Source: Podarcis filfolensis (Eukaryota). From it: a stretch of 64,000 bases of DNA. A program made the position numbers and the translations under genes. Below are positions 1-12,749 of the stretch, one piece after another (position 1 is the stretch's first letter; the number at the start of each line of letters is the position of its first letter). The stretch lies in NCBI GenBank assembly GCA_964270895.1, contig OZ185437.1. The stretch is one strand, 5' to 3'. The notes under the pieces were generated by a model. That model did no database searches and was not told the origin of the DNA. It saw only the letters and a program-made list of their open reading frames with translations.

Positions 1-773
1 CATCTGAACTGGGACTCGCTGTTAACCTCCTTCCTCACTAAGCACAATCTGTAGCCTAGGTTTGTTTACTTGGCAGCAAAAATGAACAGGTAGGAGCAAA
101 GTGGCCACAAGCTCATCTCCAAGAACCTGCACATTCATGAGATCCCAGCGTGCCATAGTTTGACTTACCATTTTGTGCAAACCTGGCCAGCAACTGTTAT
201 TAGCTGCCAGCCAAAGACAATACATTAAGAAGGAAGAGAAAGCAGTAAGAGAACCACTTAAAAGTACAATGTGCTTTCACTGCAAACAGAACACTCAGGA
301 TACTTTGCATGGATATGATTTTCACTGTGGAAACTGGATAGTCATTAACGTTTGTAATTTTATGACCCATGCAAAATTGAATGCAAGAATCAATAATAAT
401 ATTAGCACTAGGTCTTCAGCTGCTTCCACATCTTGTTGGGATTCTTCATATCCATTGTAATTCACTTCATGTGTTTCTTACTGTTAGAACTGGATGCATT
501 TATGGCCTTGGTTTTATTTGCGCAACTAGTCTCTTTGAACTCCTTGGACCCAAAACCTAAATCTTGTTGAGGATTATAGGCTTCATTGTTATCACAAAGT
601 TAAAGGAGTGTTTCATTTGTTCAAAACTATTTTGTTCCGGCTTGGACGACTTTTATCAATTACTTTACAATCTGTATTGTGGGGTGGGTGGGAGAGAATA
701 TTAGTAGACATGAGAACAACATTATTGATACGATCTCTCCCACTTGCAGGTGGCTGACTTCACATCTGTAACA

Positions 774-974
774 ATGTCCAGCATAATAAAAGAAAGACTT
801 GAACTTCAAATGGCAGAATTAGAAATGCTTTTTTCTATGTTTCCTGATAAAGGAGAAATAACTCTTCAGGATGAAAATAATTTCCATAATGCTCAGAAAT
901 ATCTGAACAATACAAGTGAAAATCTACCACATATAATTGAATATTCAGTTGCCGTTACTATTGATGAACCAAAG
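774..974 (+). CDS. RWDD2A: RWD domain-containing protein 2A, first coding exon (aa 1-67)
   Basis: Acceptor TTGCAG ends at 749, ATG at 774, donor AAG|GTGAGA at 974/975. Translation MSSIIKERLELQMAELEMLFSMFPDKGEI...IDEPK matches the N-terminus of vertebrate RWDD2A as I recall it. Phase 0 joins the next exon. Confidence 0.95.
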
Positions 975-1213
975 GTGAGATAATCTGTTTTGGGTTGGGA
1001 TGTTTTTCTTTGCTTTATTACCTTTTAAAAAAAATAATATTTTACTTAATTATTAAATATTTCTGCAAGCATTTCTACCTTCAATAAAGCCAACATGTAT
1101 TGTATTGAGCCAATATATTAACTTAAGCCAGTGTACTATATTGCATGCCCAAAGCTGGAGTTAGCCTCAGCCATTCATGCTTCATTTAGTCACTTCTGTA
1201 TTAAATTACAATA

Positions 1214-1432
1214 CAGTGGTACCTCTGGTTGTGAACGGGATCCGTTCCAGAGCCTCGTTTGCAACATGAGCAAAACGCAGCCCGCGTCTGCGCGGGTCGC
1301 GATTCGCTGCTTCTGCGCGTGGCGTCATTTTGCGCGTCTGTGCATGCGGCGAAACCTGGAAGTAACCCTTTCTGGTACTTCCGGTTTGCCTTGGGACGCA
1401 ACCTGAAGCAAAGGTAACAAGAGGTATGACTG
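1214..1432 (+). mobile_element. Tc1/mariner (pogo/Tigger-like) MITE, family A
   Basis: TA|CAGTGGTACCTC...GAGGTATGACTG|TA, 219 bp, CpG-rich, no ORF, inside the 536-nt RWDD2A intron. Strand is arbitrary (relative to other copies). Confidence 0.88.
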
Positions 1433-1510
1433 TACTGTGATGTGCTGCATGCAAAGCAATCACTGAAGACTGGGAAGTTTTGTGAACATACGTTTGCTTT
1501 TTAATTTTAG

Positions 1511-2188
1511 GCAAGAGTAAATTTGCAGGTAGCCCTACCTCATGACTACCCCCAGGTGCCACCACACCTTTTTGCAAGATCAAGTGCTGTAGACAGGCAG
1601 CAACAACTGCAGCTCAACAAGGATCTCGCTTCTTACATTGCTTCTTTGGAGCCAGGAGAACTTTGTGTATGTGCTGCTGTGCAATGGTTGCGAGACAACA
1701 GCATAAGCTACTTACAAAACGGCAAACTCCACTGCAAAAATGTGCCAAGGGAGAGCGAAGTTAAAACGTTATTCAGCCGGATGTGGATTTACAGCCACCA
1801 CATCTATAGACAAGAACTAAGGAAAAAGATTTTTGATTGTGCAAAGAAATTAAATCTGACTGGTTTCTGCCTAACTGGCAAGCCTGGAATCATTTGTGTG
1901 GAAGGTGTCAAAGAAAACTGTGAAGAATTTTGGCACGTTATTAGATATCCCAACTGGAAACACATTTCCTGCAAACATGTCGAGAATAGAGAGATTGACG
2001 GAAATGGGGATAACCTGCGTCTCTTTCAGACTTTTGAAGATTTACAGTTTCAAGCCCATGGTGACTACGGCCTGAGGAATGACTATCACATGGACCTTGG
2101 ACAGTTCCTAGAATTCCTTAAGGGTCATCAAAGTGAACATGTATTTCAGATCTTGTTTGGCGTTGAAGGCAAATGTTCTGACAACTAA
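1511..2188 (+). CDS. RWDD2A: RWD domain-containing protein 2A, last coding exon (aa 68-292)
   Basis: Acceptor TTTTAG|GCA at 1510/1511 gives [14 protein letters not shown]...[10 protein letters not shown]...[10 protein letters not shown]...[11 protein letters not shown]...[13 protein letters not shown]...FQILFG and TAA at 2186-2188. The spliced CDS is 879 nt = 292 aa, the length I recall for human RWDD2A. Synteny with ME1 agrees. Confidence 0.97.
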   Translation, partial: ARVNLQVALPHDYPQVPPHLFARSSAVDRQQQLQLNKDLASYIASLEPGELCVCAAVQWLRDNSISYLQNGKLHCKNVPRESEVKTLFSRMWIYSHHIYRQELRKKIFDCAKKLNLTGFCLTGKPGIICVEGVKENCEEFWHVIRYPNWKHISCKHVENREIDGNGDNLRLFQTFEDLQFQAHGDYGLRNDYHMDLGQFLEFLKGHQSEHVFQILFGVEGKCSDN

Positions 2189-2261
2189 CAATAAGCTATG
2201 TTTTTAATTTTCTTGTCTCTGTTAATAGAAATGAAATCCATCTATGAATCTGCCGCAAGAA

Positions 2262-2267
2262 AATAAA
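2262..2267 (+). terminator. candidate polyadenylation signal of RWDD2A (AATAAA)
   Basis: First AATAAA, 74 nt after the stop codon; use not verifiable from sequence. Confidence 0.55.
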
Positions 2268-2806
2268 AGTATGGATGAGTGAATGTGACAAGTAACTTAA
2301 AAGGGCACGCACAGAATCTTTGTTTAGCATTTGAACAGTTAGCACATCAGTTTGTAATTTTGTTCAGAGCAAAACTTCTCAAATTGGCTGCAAGAGTAAG
2401 GGGGCTTGATTTGTACTGAGCCAGATGAATGCTGCATCTAAGTCCAGTCCTGACAGGCACTGTTCCCCACAATCTAAGGTGTCTAGGGGAAGGAGTGGAC
2501 AATATTTTTGAGGTGAAGGGGGAAATGGTTGAGGGCACTAGCAGTGGCCAGGGCCAAAGTGAGTGGGCACACCTCTTTTTTCTGTCCTTCCTTAAGCCAT
2601 CATCAATTCCATCCCTTCTATTCATTTTCTCTCACAAACATGCACTCACAGCAATCCATTCACTCCCCATTTCCCTTGTATCGCCATCTCCCCCATTCAT
2701 ACACCTTCCTTTCAGTTTTCCTTCCAAGGTGGGTGGAGGGAAAGAGGCTCCTTTTTTTCCAGCCTAGAAATGAAGGAAAGGAAGCAGTAGGGGCAGGAAT
2801 TGAGTA

Positions 2807-3034
2807 CAGTGGTACCTCGGGTTAAATACGCCTCAGGTTACATACGCTTCAGGTTACAGACACTGCTAACCCAGAAATAGTACCTCAGGTTAAGAACTTT
2901 GCTTCAGGATGAGAACAGAAATCACGCAGCAGCGGGAGGCCCCATTAGCTAAAGTGGTGCTTCAGGTTAAGAACAGTTTCAGGTTAAGAACAGACCTCTG
3001 GAACGAATTAAGTATGTAACCGGAGGTACCACTG
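2807..3034 (+). mobile_element. Tigger-like MITE, family B
   Basis: TA|CAGTGGTACCTC...GAGGTACCACTG|TA, 228 bp, internal CTTCAGGTTA repeats; between the RWDD2A and ME1 3' ends. Confidence 0.9.
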
Positions 3035-3801
3035 TAATCTGTTTCGCCACTGGTAGCTCACAGTAGATGCCAAGGATGCATTGGGGACAAGGTTGTAGGA
3101 GACAGAGGGCTGCACTCAGGTTGTCCATCTGTGCTCTAGCGCTTCAAATACAAATAATTTCCAGCGCCATTAAAGTTTGCAGATATTCAAGCTGAGCCAC
3201 AAAGTAGCAGGTCCACAAAAAAAATATTTTTGTTATCTCCGGCCCAAACTGTACAAAGGCTATATATTAGAAGATACATGAGCACCTCTTTTGGATGTTG
3301 TACCAGACATTGCATAGTTCACATGCTCATTCACTAAGGCATGGGTAGTTACGCTACAGAAAATCCAGTAACCTTCCTGACTGATGCCTCTTTGTCATTG
3401 GTTTATCAGATGGCTTCTCTGTTAAAAATGTGCACATGCCTAGCAAACTACTGACCCAAACTACTTTTCCTTGACTAGGAACATTTGATCTGGCATAAAA
3501 AAACTTCTGGTTAGAAGTACTTAGCTTTTTATCTTTTTCTATAGGTGTCACAAGAAAAATATTAAAAGAAACAGCTGAGACGCTTTTAAACTGATCATAC
3601 TGATGATATATTGCTTTGTCATTTGTTTGCAAAAAAATTTCATCTGAACTTAAGCGCAGAACTGTAATATATGACCATAATTTCATACAGATGTCTAAGT
3701 ATATGAAAAGTACACTGTAAATGTGCTTCTACAGTACTGCTCTGTAGTAAATTTAGCAGAGCCCCTTCAAAAGAAATATTTAAAAACTGCCTAAATTGAT
3801 T

Positions 3802-3807
3802 TTTATT
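3802..3807 (-). terminator. candidate polyadenylation signal of ME1 (AATAAA on -)
   Basis: TTTATT on +, about 220 nt downstream of the ME1 stop; use not verifiable. Confidence 0.45.
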
Positions 3808-4027
3808 CTCTTAGGCATGTGCTATTTTAGCTTAATTCATTAGCTTAAAGTGAAAGAACTGTAACAATTCTACCAAAATTTCATGGCTTTAAAAAGTATT
3901 CAGTGCTGCTAGAAAAGAAAAGAAATATATCCTGAGTTCTGACAAATTGTGCTATGATTTGACAAAAGTTGAAAGCTACCAAATATCTGAGTGCTTCCAA
4001 TATTGTTGCAGTGCTGCTGTCTTTCTG

Positions 4028-4195
4028 TTAAAAGTTCCCAGTCTGTATTTTCATGGCTTCTTGGGGCCAGGTGTAAGAGTCTGTCAGAAAGCTTTCATAG
4101 TCAGTGCTATAAATCTGGGAGCGGATGAATGCTTCCTTGTCTTCTGGCTCAGGGTGGAAAGTGGCTGTGTTGTTGCTGTAGGCATTCTCTGCAAT
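4028..4195 (-). CDS. ME1: NADP-dependent malic enzyme, exon 14 (terminal)
   Basis: Acceptor CTCAG|ATT; IAENAYSNNTATFHPEPEDKEAFIRSQIYSTDYESFLTDSYTWPQEAMKIQTGNF* is homologous to the ME1 C-terminus; TAA at 4030-4028. Confidence 0.95.
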   Translation of the reverse strand: MAENAYSNNTATFHPEPEDKEAFIRSQIYSTDYESFLTDSYTWPQEAMKIQTGNF

Positions 4196-4702
4196 CTGAG
4201 AGAGCAAGACAAATCCCTCATTGTTAGACTTCTGCATTGACCTGAGAGGTAGCATAGTGTATAATGAAGAAAGTTCAATTTTTGGATATCAAGTATTAGA
4301 TTCTTATCAGACTGATACAAATGAAGCTATAATCTAGCCATGAAAATATGCACCCAATTTTCTGGAAGAGATTGGCAAAATATACATCTTGAAATGAATT
4401 CTGCTTTAGATTCTTTTTCTTGGTTGGATTGTATTTCACACTTGGAGAAGCAACCCCAAGTTTGTCACAGAATGCATTCTCAACAGGGAGCTGCTGTTAA
4501 TTTGGGCTCTCTGGTGAGTGTTCACATATGGTAAGTGTTTTTATACATGTTTGCCATGGTCACATTCCTCATTTTCTAGATGAAAAATGGTAATATAATG
4601 TGTGAACTGGCTCTTTATAGCCCAGTCCTCACCACCCCTGCCTGTGGACATAACTGGCACTGATTTCCTTGGGACATATTTCTAAGAGAGTATGTTTAAG
4701 AG

Positions 4703-4998
4703 CAGGGGTCAGCAAACTTTTTCAGCAGGTCCCTCAGACTTTATGGGGGGGCCAGACTAATTTTTTTTGGGGGGGGGAGAATGAACAAATTTCTATGCCC
4801 CACAAATAACCCAGAGATGCATTTTAAATAAAAGCACACCTCGTGTAAAAACACCAGGCAGGCCCCACAAATAACCCAGAGATGCATTTTAAATAAAAGG
4901 ACACATTCTACTTATGTAAAAACACGCTGATTCACGGGCCGGATTTAGAAGGCGATTGGTCCGGATCCAGTCCCCGGGCCTTAGTTTGCCTACCCATG
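4703..4998 (+). mobile_element. hAT (Charlie-like) MITE
   Basis: CAGGGGTCAGCAAACT...AGTTTGCCTACCCATG with 8-bp TSD TTTAAGAG/CTTAAGAG (7/8); same family as 49983-50232. Confidence 0.88.
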
Positions 4999-6206
4999 CT
5001 TAAGAGTATACCTCATAGTCACTCCAGCAAAAAGATCTCTAATGCACAAGGCACAGGTTTCTTTGTAAACAAGGGGCAAGTTTGGATCCATTGTAAGTAC
5101 ATTTTTAAAAAGTAGAATGGATACTTTCCCCCTACAGCAAGGTATAAAAGCATCCAATTCTCTCCACCTAGATAAATTTACCAAAACATATTTATTGTAG
5201 CCAAAATGATTTCGGAAAGCCTAAGAAACCAAACATGAGCTGACTTAAGAGAAAATCTTCAATCCTGTCATGCCAGTTCATCAACCCAACATATTCTGCT
5301 CTGAAATTTGCTTTCAAAATTAATCAGAACTTCTTAATTTATAGAGAAGGAAATTGCCTCCCATCGGTACAGCACCAATACTCTAGATCAGAAATACTGA
5401 TGGGAGTTTGTTGCATACTCATTTCTTTTCTATATACATGTTGATAAGCATTCATTTTCTCACATCTAAACATATCCCTATAAATGTAGGTTACTAAAAT
5501 ATATCTGAATATGTTTTTGAAAATATTTCTGTGTTACATATGAAGGTGAGATGAAGTCAAATGTTAGTGTTTCTTGTGTGTCTTTGCTTTATTAAGCTGG
5601 AGAGTATTACAAGATAAATATTTCCAATTCAGATAAAAACCAGGGGACTAGAAGCTAGATGGATAATGCACACCCATCAATTATACTGACTATTGTTTCT
5701 AACTTAAAATTATTCCTATAACGAAACAAATTTTCTAGAGCTGTTCACAAACGTTTTTGCCAAACAAAGAATGCTGGAGAATTTAAGCAGAGAAACTTGC
5801 ATAAGAGTGTTTTAACATCTATAAAATATATATATTATAAACTTGAAGAGAGATGAAATATGACAGCTCTTTCTACATGCAGTTGGAATCAATTACTACA
5901 TAAGCCTGAGGGAATGAGTTCATGATTAGAAGCTTACTGACAACAAAGACTGATCTTTACATGAAAGATTATCTCTATCCAGCTCAGCAATAAAAATAGA
6001 CCAACCTCCTGGGAGATAAAAAGGAAATGAGGCCCAGAGGGTGAAAGATCAAGGACACAACTGCACAAGGACCAAACTAGAGTTTCAGCCATGGTCTGCT
6101 GTCCATTTCCATTTTTGTGAATTTGGACTGGTTAACCTTTCCTCCAGTGACATTTTTCCAAACCCCTGCAACTGCTATTCACCCCATCAGGGAAATCATA
6201 TATGCC

Positions 6207-6412
6207 GTGCAGTGTAGTGGAATATTGGCCTAGGACGGCTTGCGTTCAACTTGCCAATCAGCCATGGAGCTCACCAAATGACTGTATGCTGGTCACTTCC
6301 TCTCAACCTAATTCATAGGGCTGTTCTGAGGATAAAGGGGGGAGGAAGAGAGAAAACTGATTCCTATCTTGAGATCCTTGGAAGAAGGTGAAAATATAAA
6401 TGTATTAAATAA
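6207..6412 (+). mobile_element. MIR-like tRNA-derived SINE (L2 tail), old
   Basis: GTGTAGTGG head, CAGCCATGGAGCTCAC core, GTTCTGAGGATAAA and TATAAATG tail; shared with 20012-20197 and 30223-30410. Confidence 0.6.
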
Positions 6413-6484
6413 TGAAATCCACCTTCAGTCTTTGACAAATTATAATAAGTCTATTCTTAATTAGGAAATGCAAAATGTACTTAC

Positions 6485-6583
6485 TTTCACAGCAATTTTC
6501 AGAGAGACATCTCGAATTGAAACTAAAGGCGGATACAAACGGCCCTCCTCTAAATGCTTATCTGAGACCTGTTGACATATGAC
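6485..6583 (-). CDS. ME1: NADP-dependent malic enzyme, exon 13 (99 nt)
   Basis: CTAG|GTC...AAA|GTAAGT; VICQQVSDKHLEEGRLYPPLVSIRDVSLKIAVK. Read by hand; absent from the ORF track. Confidence 0.96.
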
Positions 6584-9500
6584 CTAGGAACAAAACATAA
6601 GACATGTTCTTTTAAGCTCTCATTAAACAGGTATTTTTATCTGAAAACCCACTGCCCAAAATTGGATGTATGCAACCATTTTTCTATGACAGTAGAAAAC
6701 CATTTTTCTATGGCCAGCACCAGCAGCCACATCCTCGGGCAAGTTTCAGGACTCCAAGCAGCTGTCCCCTCTCTTTATTTTCCCCAGCCCTGTTCTCTAA
6801 GCCACCATTTTAATTTCCCACAATGCTTCTGACAGCATTGCTCCAGGGCACTGGGAAATTTTAATGGCAACAAGATCCAGCCACTCTGCATTGCTTGGCA
6901 CACTGCTACTGCTAAGATCACTAATGGCACCCTACAGGTCCCACCAAAGGGGAGGGAGCCAACCAGAGGGCACTTTGTCCAGCACCCCCTCAAATCTACA
7001 CTATGGGCAGCTTTTTTCAATTTTCATATGAACATGTTCACAGAAATAAACTTCTGGACTTATCAAGTCCCGCTTCAGTAATGAAATGGGAGCATAGGGT
7101 AAGTCAAACAGAACCATGTTCATCACCCAGAAAGCCCTCATGAGCACACCTCTTTTAAAAAGGTCTCTGATAGGGCACACAAGGAAAAGGATGGAACTAG
7201 TAAATAATCAGTCATAGGCATGGGGGTGGGGGGTTAAAAAGACATTCTTAGTCTTACTCAGCATTTATATAGCAATTTTCCAGAGCATACAAAGTGCTTC
7301 TCAGTAATCATGCTGCATGCATCCTGAGAACCTACATTTGAAAATCTATTAAGGGACTTAAGAGAGATTAAGTTTGAGACATATAGAAACCAATACTCAT
7401 GAGTGGAGGGCCAATGTATGCAGCATGGGTGGAATTGGGATTATACTTGTCTGTCGTGGTTATTTATTTAGATAGGACACTGAGCTAAGAAGACAGAAAT
7501 AGCAAAGCACTTTGGACACAGAAAGTACTGTGGGAAATCATTAACCACAACAAATATGTAGACAGTGACTGGAATCTGCCTGACAGAGTGCTTGACTCCA
7601 TCAGTTAAATAAGGTTATAAAACGGAGGCAATCTCCCCTATTTTACTTCTAATCCACATCTAAGTAATTCCCAAGGAACTGGAGGAGCCACCTTGCCTTT
7701 GGCGCAAGCAGTGATGACAGACACACAATGTAGGACTATACAAGAGATGCCAAGAACTGACTGGCAAGAGAAGATCTGCAGGAGAGCTTCGCAAACTATG
7801 AGGCGGTTAGTGTTGAGAGTTTAAAATATACAGTTTTATTCTCAGATTTGATCCTATAATAGATAGTTCTATGATCCTGATTTTCCTTCAGTGTTATTTT
7901 TCTTTCAGGGATACTTTTGAGATTACACACACACTTGAAAAGCAGGAACAAGACATTACAATCAAAGTACAAAAATAATCAGGTACCCTGTTAACGCTAA
8001 AAAAGCTAAAATAGAATAAAATTCTAAGAAACCAGAGTAGCTAGTACAAGTAAGATGAGCGAAAGAAAGAGCAGAAATCACCTTGCTGGAAAAGCAAAGT
8101 TACCATATGTCAGGACATAATGCATCAATACCCAAACAAGCAGCAGAATTTGTACTCGGAGAAAGAATTGCCTAGTACTATGAAAGTTGTACTTCCCACC
8201 TCCTCTTAACAGAGACTTGTAGCCTGGCAGCCATAGACAGCAAGGAATTACATGCAGGTGCGCAAGACAGAGCCCTCTGTTTCTCCTCTGCACCCAAGCC
8301 TAGAAATGTAACAGGCTAATGCAGAAAAGACAGGGCTCTCTGTCTCTCCTCTGTGAGACACCCCCAGGCTATTATTGTGGGCTAATTTACAAGGCAGGCT
8401 TAATAGGCAATAAAGATTGTGTGTCTTTTTTTTTCTTTCTTTTTTTAGGAAATGGCGAAATAAGCTACTGGCAATCATTATTATAGTATAATCATTTATT
8501 ATTTATGAATCCACAAGGGGGAGCTAAAATAAAAGGAGATATAAACCTGTTTGTTTTTCCTGTGGCAAATCAGTAGGATTGCTTTTTCCTGGGATTTCTT
8601 ACCCCTCACAGGTCAGGAATCATAGTTACATTTGCATACTGGTGCAAAAGGAATCATACTGCTACGTGACATGTACTGATTTACATCAAGTTACATACAT
8701 TTAGGCATAAAAAGGTGGCAACATCCATTACCATATAATGAAAAGCCAACATAAGGATGATGCCTGCTCTGTGGCAGGGTTGAATAATAAGAATTTCTAA
8801 ACTGGAGAAATATTTTTCTTACTTTCCTTTATAATCATATTAAAAAGAAGGAGAAGGTTAGAGGCAGGCAGTAAATTGCTACACACATTCATGAAAGATG
8901 GTGCTATGCAAGTAGAATTTCTGATAACACACATACACCTTTCATTGGTAGATTCCACGAATTTTAAGGATCTGGCTCCTGGCCAGTGTTTCTGCCATAC
9001 TTTTAAAGATGAGGACAAATCTTGAAAGATAACAGATAACACTCTTCTTACTGTGCCCACCAAGTGTACATTTAATGGTAGGACAACACCATGATCAGTG
9101 CAACTAAACTTTAAATTATAAGCATGTTAATTTATTGTGCTGTTAGTTTCACTATAATGAGACAATACCTACTCGACTTTCTATGGATACTGTCCAAAAG
9201 TGAACACCTTGCCCTTCTGATAACATATTCTATCATTGAAAAGTTAATAGGGTGACCTCTGGAATGACTAAAGCATAGCATGGGCAGTTGCAAGAATAAT
9301 TTATCAGCTCACAGTTCTCTGACATTTTACTTTTGCTTCATCAGGCTTAGAAGAATGCCGCTTGTCATCACATTACAATTGCCTACAATTATGGCATTAT
9401 AGTCTACAGGGCCCTAGATTTACTATCCACAAATCAATGCTGAACTCTACTTGGCGTGCAAGTAAGAACACCTGAAAACAGGACTTGCTGTTTTTACAAT

Positions 9501-10932
9501 GACTAAACTATCTTTTTATTTTTTAAAAAATCAGTTTTAAATGGACAGGTGACAAATTAAGAGACCCATAGGTTGTGTACACATGTAGCCTTTGTAAAAA
9601 GCACATGAGTTTTTCTCATAGTGCACTTTTGTACGTAGCAGTTTGCAGTTGTACACACCTTTGCATGATAACGTCATCTAAAGTGGCAGCTACTATCCAT
9701 GTTGTCTGTACACATAGCTGGGAATGTTTTCAAACTAAAGTGCAATAGTTTTCTCTATTCCTCTTCCTTCAATTAGTGTTTTCACAGACCTTTTCTTGGT
9801 GTGTGTGCGTGTGTTTGACATACAGAAGATATATACTGGTACACACAGCTGGCTAAGTTATTGCACTGCTTCCTCTTTTGCCTATTTTATTCACAGACAA
9901 GTTAAACATGGCAAGGGGGAGTGGCACAGCTCCACAACACCAGTAGCTCTGCCTCTGTAAGAAGTGGCCTGAGGAAGTGTCCTCTGTGTACACATGCAGG
10001 CACATGCACTTGCGAAGTGCATTATCAACACAAACTGGATTATAACTGTTACAGCAGAGTGTGCTTTAGATTGACAAGTAGTATGGGAAAGAGACAACAT
10101 GAGGATGATGTCATGTGCACAGCACCCAAAAAGGCGCTTGCATCCAGTACTGAATCCACATGATCACACAGTGTGCACATACCCACAGTTACAAATGGAA
10201 ACTCATGTTCAAACTTTTCCTATCCCTGTTCATTACAGACTCTTCCTCTAGCAAGCCATGGGAAGAGGTTATCTTTTTAAAAGATTCCCTGGTTAAGATC
10301 CATTGTACAGGCTGGCTTTATATCGTTTCTTCTTTTGTTTTTCCATGGACTGGATCAAGATGGGTAGAGAAATCCAAACTATCAGAAGCCAGCATAATTT
10401 ATGTTGGAATAAATCATGCCAATGTAATTTACCACTATTTCAAACTCTTTTCAGAAGCAGGTCTACTCCTTAGCCTGGTAGAGGGAAAGCAAGCCTTTAA
10501 AATAGTTTGATTTACACTACCCTTTTTGCTAGTGTAATTTCCACGGGGTTGCTAGGTTGCATGATTGAGCAGAACAGAGTTTGGAATGGGGTGGGTCTCC
10601 TCCATCCTGTCCTGCTCCTGCTCCTGCCCCTTTTCAGGGCCTTGGTTCAACCAGCTGAGTCCCAGTTGATCTGCTGAGGCTTGGCTGAGTCAGGATGAAG
10701 GACTTAGATTGGAGAATCTCCAACTGAGCCAGATGTGGGACTTCAGCCAGTGAATCTGCCTGTTCCAAACGCCATTCATCCCAGGGATCTCAAACTAGTT
10801 TACAAAAGATTTTCATACTAAAAAATACATTCAAGTTTGGTATCTGGGAAGCATGGGTATTCCTATGGTGCCAGGGTTATTCAGGTAGCATCTCCTGCTC
10901 TCAATTATGCATTGTGTGAAGAGATAAAATGC

Positions 10933-10987
10933 TTTATTTATTTATTTATACATACATACATACATACACACATACATGCATACATAC
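10933..10987. repeat. compound (TTTA)n(TACA)n microsatellite
   Basis: Read directly; imperfect toward the 3' end. Confidence 0.85.
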
Positions 10988-11816
10988 TTTACCCCATCCA
11001 TCAGACTGGGTTGCCCCTGATACTTCTTCACAGGTCAGACACAATTGTCCAACCCATTACTTGACAGTAAAGTTTACAGAGCATAATTGAGACCAGACGT
11101 AAGTGCTCTTGTAGCTGCAATATGACTATGAATCAGACTTTGAGTCATTAGGAGAGTATGTGCAGGGCAGAGATATGTGTACACTGTAATCTTAAGCATG
11201 CCTACTTTGAAATAAATCCCACAGAGTTTAATGGGGCTCACTCACATAACCTTAACATTTAACTGAAGACCTAGATGGCAAAATCTGCACTCAGTGTCAC
11301 CATCAACAGATGTCTGCCTGAATAAGTTATTTTAAAGTATCGCTATCTTTTCTAGTACTTTCCACTCCTGCTAAAAGAGTCTGTAAAAGAAACCAATTTT
11401 TGCTGACTTCCTCTCAATTTTGACATTTGAGAGGCTTTGCATGCTCCACCTTTCATTTAAGAAGTTTCCAAAGTACTTTACAAACTATACATATGAGCCC
11501 ATTCTAGAAAGTTTAAGAAGCCATGTCTTTTAAAATAGACATGGCAGTTTAGGGCAGAGAATTAAGACTTGCCATATCCAACTGAAATTACAGGGAAAGG
11601 TTTTAGCCATGAGGATAGAATTAACCAACTTATCCTCAGTCACCTCCTATGTGAAGGATCACTGCCCATCTTGGCCAGTCAAAGCTAGTGGAGAGAGTCT
11701 GGACTTATTCCTGGTTTTTGCACATGGAAGGTCCAAATGGTTCCCTAGGGAAAAACACCTTGATGGAAAATTGCAACACCTGGGGTTTCTGTGAGGAAAT
11801 CTTGCCATTCTTTAAA

Positions 11817-11818
11817 CA

Positions 11819-11878
<60 letters not shown>
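11817..11878. repeat. compound microsatellite (CA)10(GA)21
   Basis: Read directly. Confidence 0.97.
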
Positions 11879-11880
<2 letters not shown>

Positions 11881-12428
11881 AGCAACAAATGACTTGCTAG
11901 AGCAATTGCTGCCAATTCTCTGCTAGAAGAAATTCACAGTTCTGCATGCTTTTACATTCTGAAATAAATAACAGGTTCAACAGTACTCTTTCCTCCCTCA
12001 AAACAATGTCAGAGAATCACCCAAAATTAGGACTCAGAGGCTTTGGTATATTAACCATAGGCATGTGTCCCTCAATACACATTCAGTCTATGTAATAGGA
12101 GAAGTACTGCTTTTGTTTCAGCGCTGGTTTAATCCATCAGATTTCCGATGAATTCCTGTCTCATTACCTTACACTGCGAACATTACACAGAAAGTCTCAG
12201 TTTCAGTGTTTCAGATAGTATTCAGGTGTGTGTGGCCAGGGAAGATGGTGTGGTCTGGAGAGAGTTCTGAGGGCCAGATTCTGAGAGTCATGGGGGGGCG
12301 CATATGCAGTCCTCAGGCTGACGTCCCTCACCCCAAACTACCAGTCTGAAGGCCCTACAACAACATGCTGTCATAAACTGATGTGTCCTTTTCTGAGCAG
12401 AAATTATCAGGTATACAACAGTCAGTAC

Positions 12429-12602
12429 CTCTGCAGTTGTGAGGAAAATTTCTTCACTTATATGTCTTATTCCACATGCAACAACTCCAAGGGCAACTCC
12501 TGGAAACACATAAGCATTGTTACCCTGTCCAGGAATAAAAGTGCGTCCATCTGGAAGAGTGACACAATCAAAAGGGCTTCCGCTTGCAAAAATGCCACGC
12601 CC
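12429..12602 (-). CDS. ME1: NADP-dependent malic enzyme, exon 12 (174 nt)
   Basis: TTAG|GGG...GAG|GTACTG; [58 protein letters not shown] contains the conserved ASGSPF and GQGNNxYVFPG motifs. Confidence 0.97.
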
Positions 12603-12749
12603 CTAAAACAAATGTTTTGCAAATGTTATTGGGTGGAGGAAAATCAGAACCTGCATCTATATCTATAAAACTGTGTTTTCATAAAGTAACTACAGTATAC
12701 CAGAAACTTACACACAAGTCACAAAACAAGAATTTTGCAATTTTAACTA

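Noticed and set aside
163-171. Minus-strand ATG|GTAAGT as a possible PGM3 upstream exon
   Set aside because: No PGM3 coding similarity or CpG-island promoter in the window; a single donor match is expected by chance.
1131-1583. ORFs 1131-1406, 1201-1401, 1206-1583, and similar ORFs at 28129-28377
   Set aside because: They overlap family-A MITEs and resemble each other only for that reason; the region is the RWDD2A intron.
10684-10692. Antioxidant-response-like TGACTCAGC (ME1 is an NRF2 target)
   Set aside because: A 9-mer expected ~0.5 times per 128 kb of strand; flanks do not fit RTGACTCAGCA.
11688-11900. ORF with RERERE and QQQ runs
   Set aside because: Translation of the (CA)n(GA)n microsatellite.
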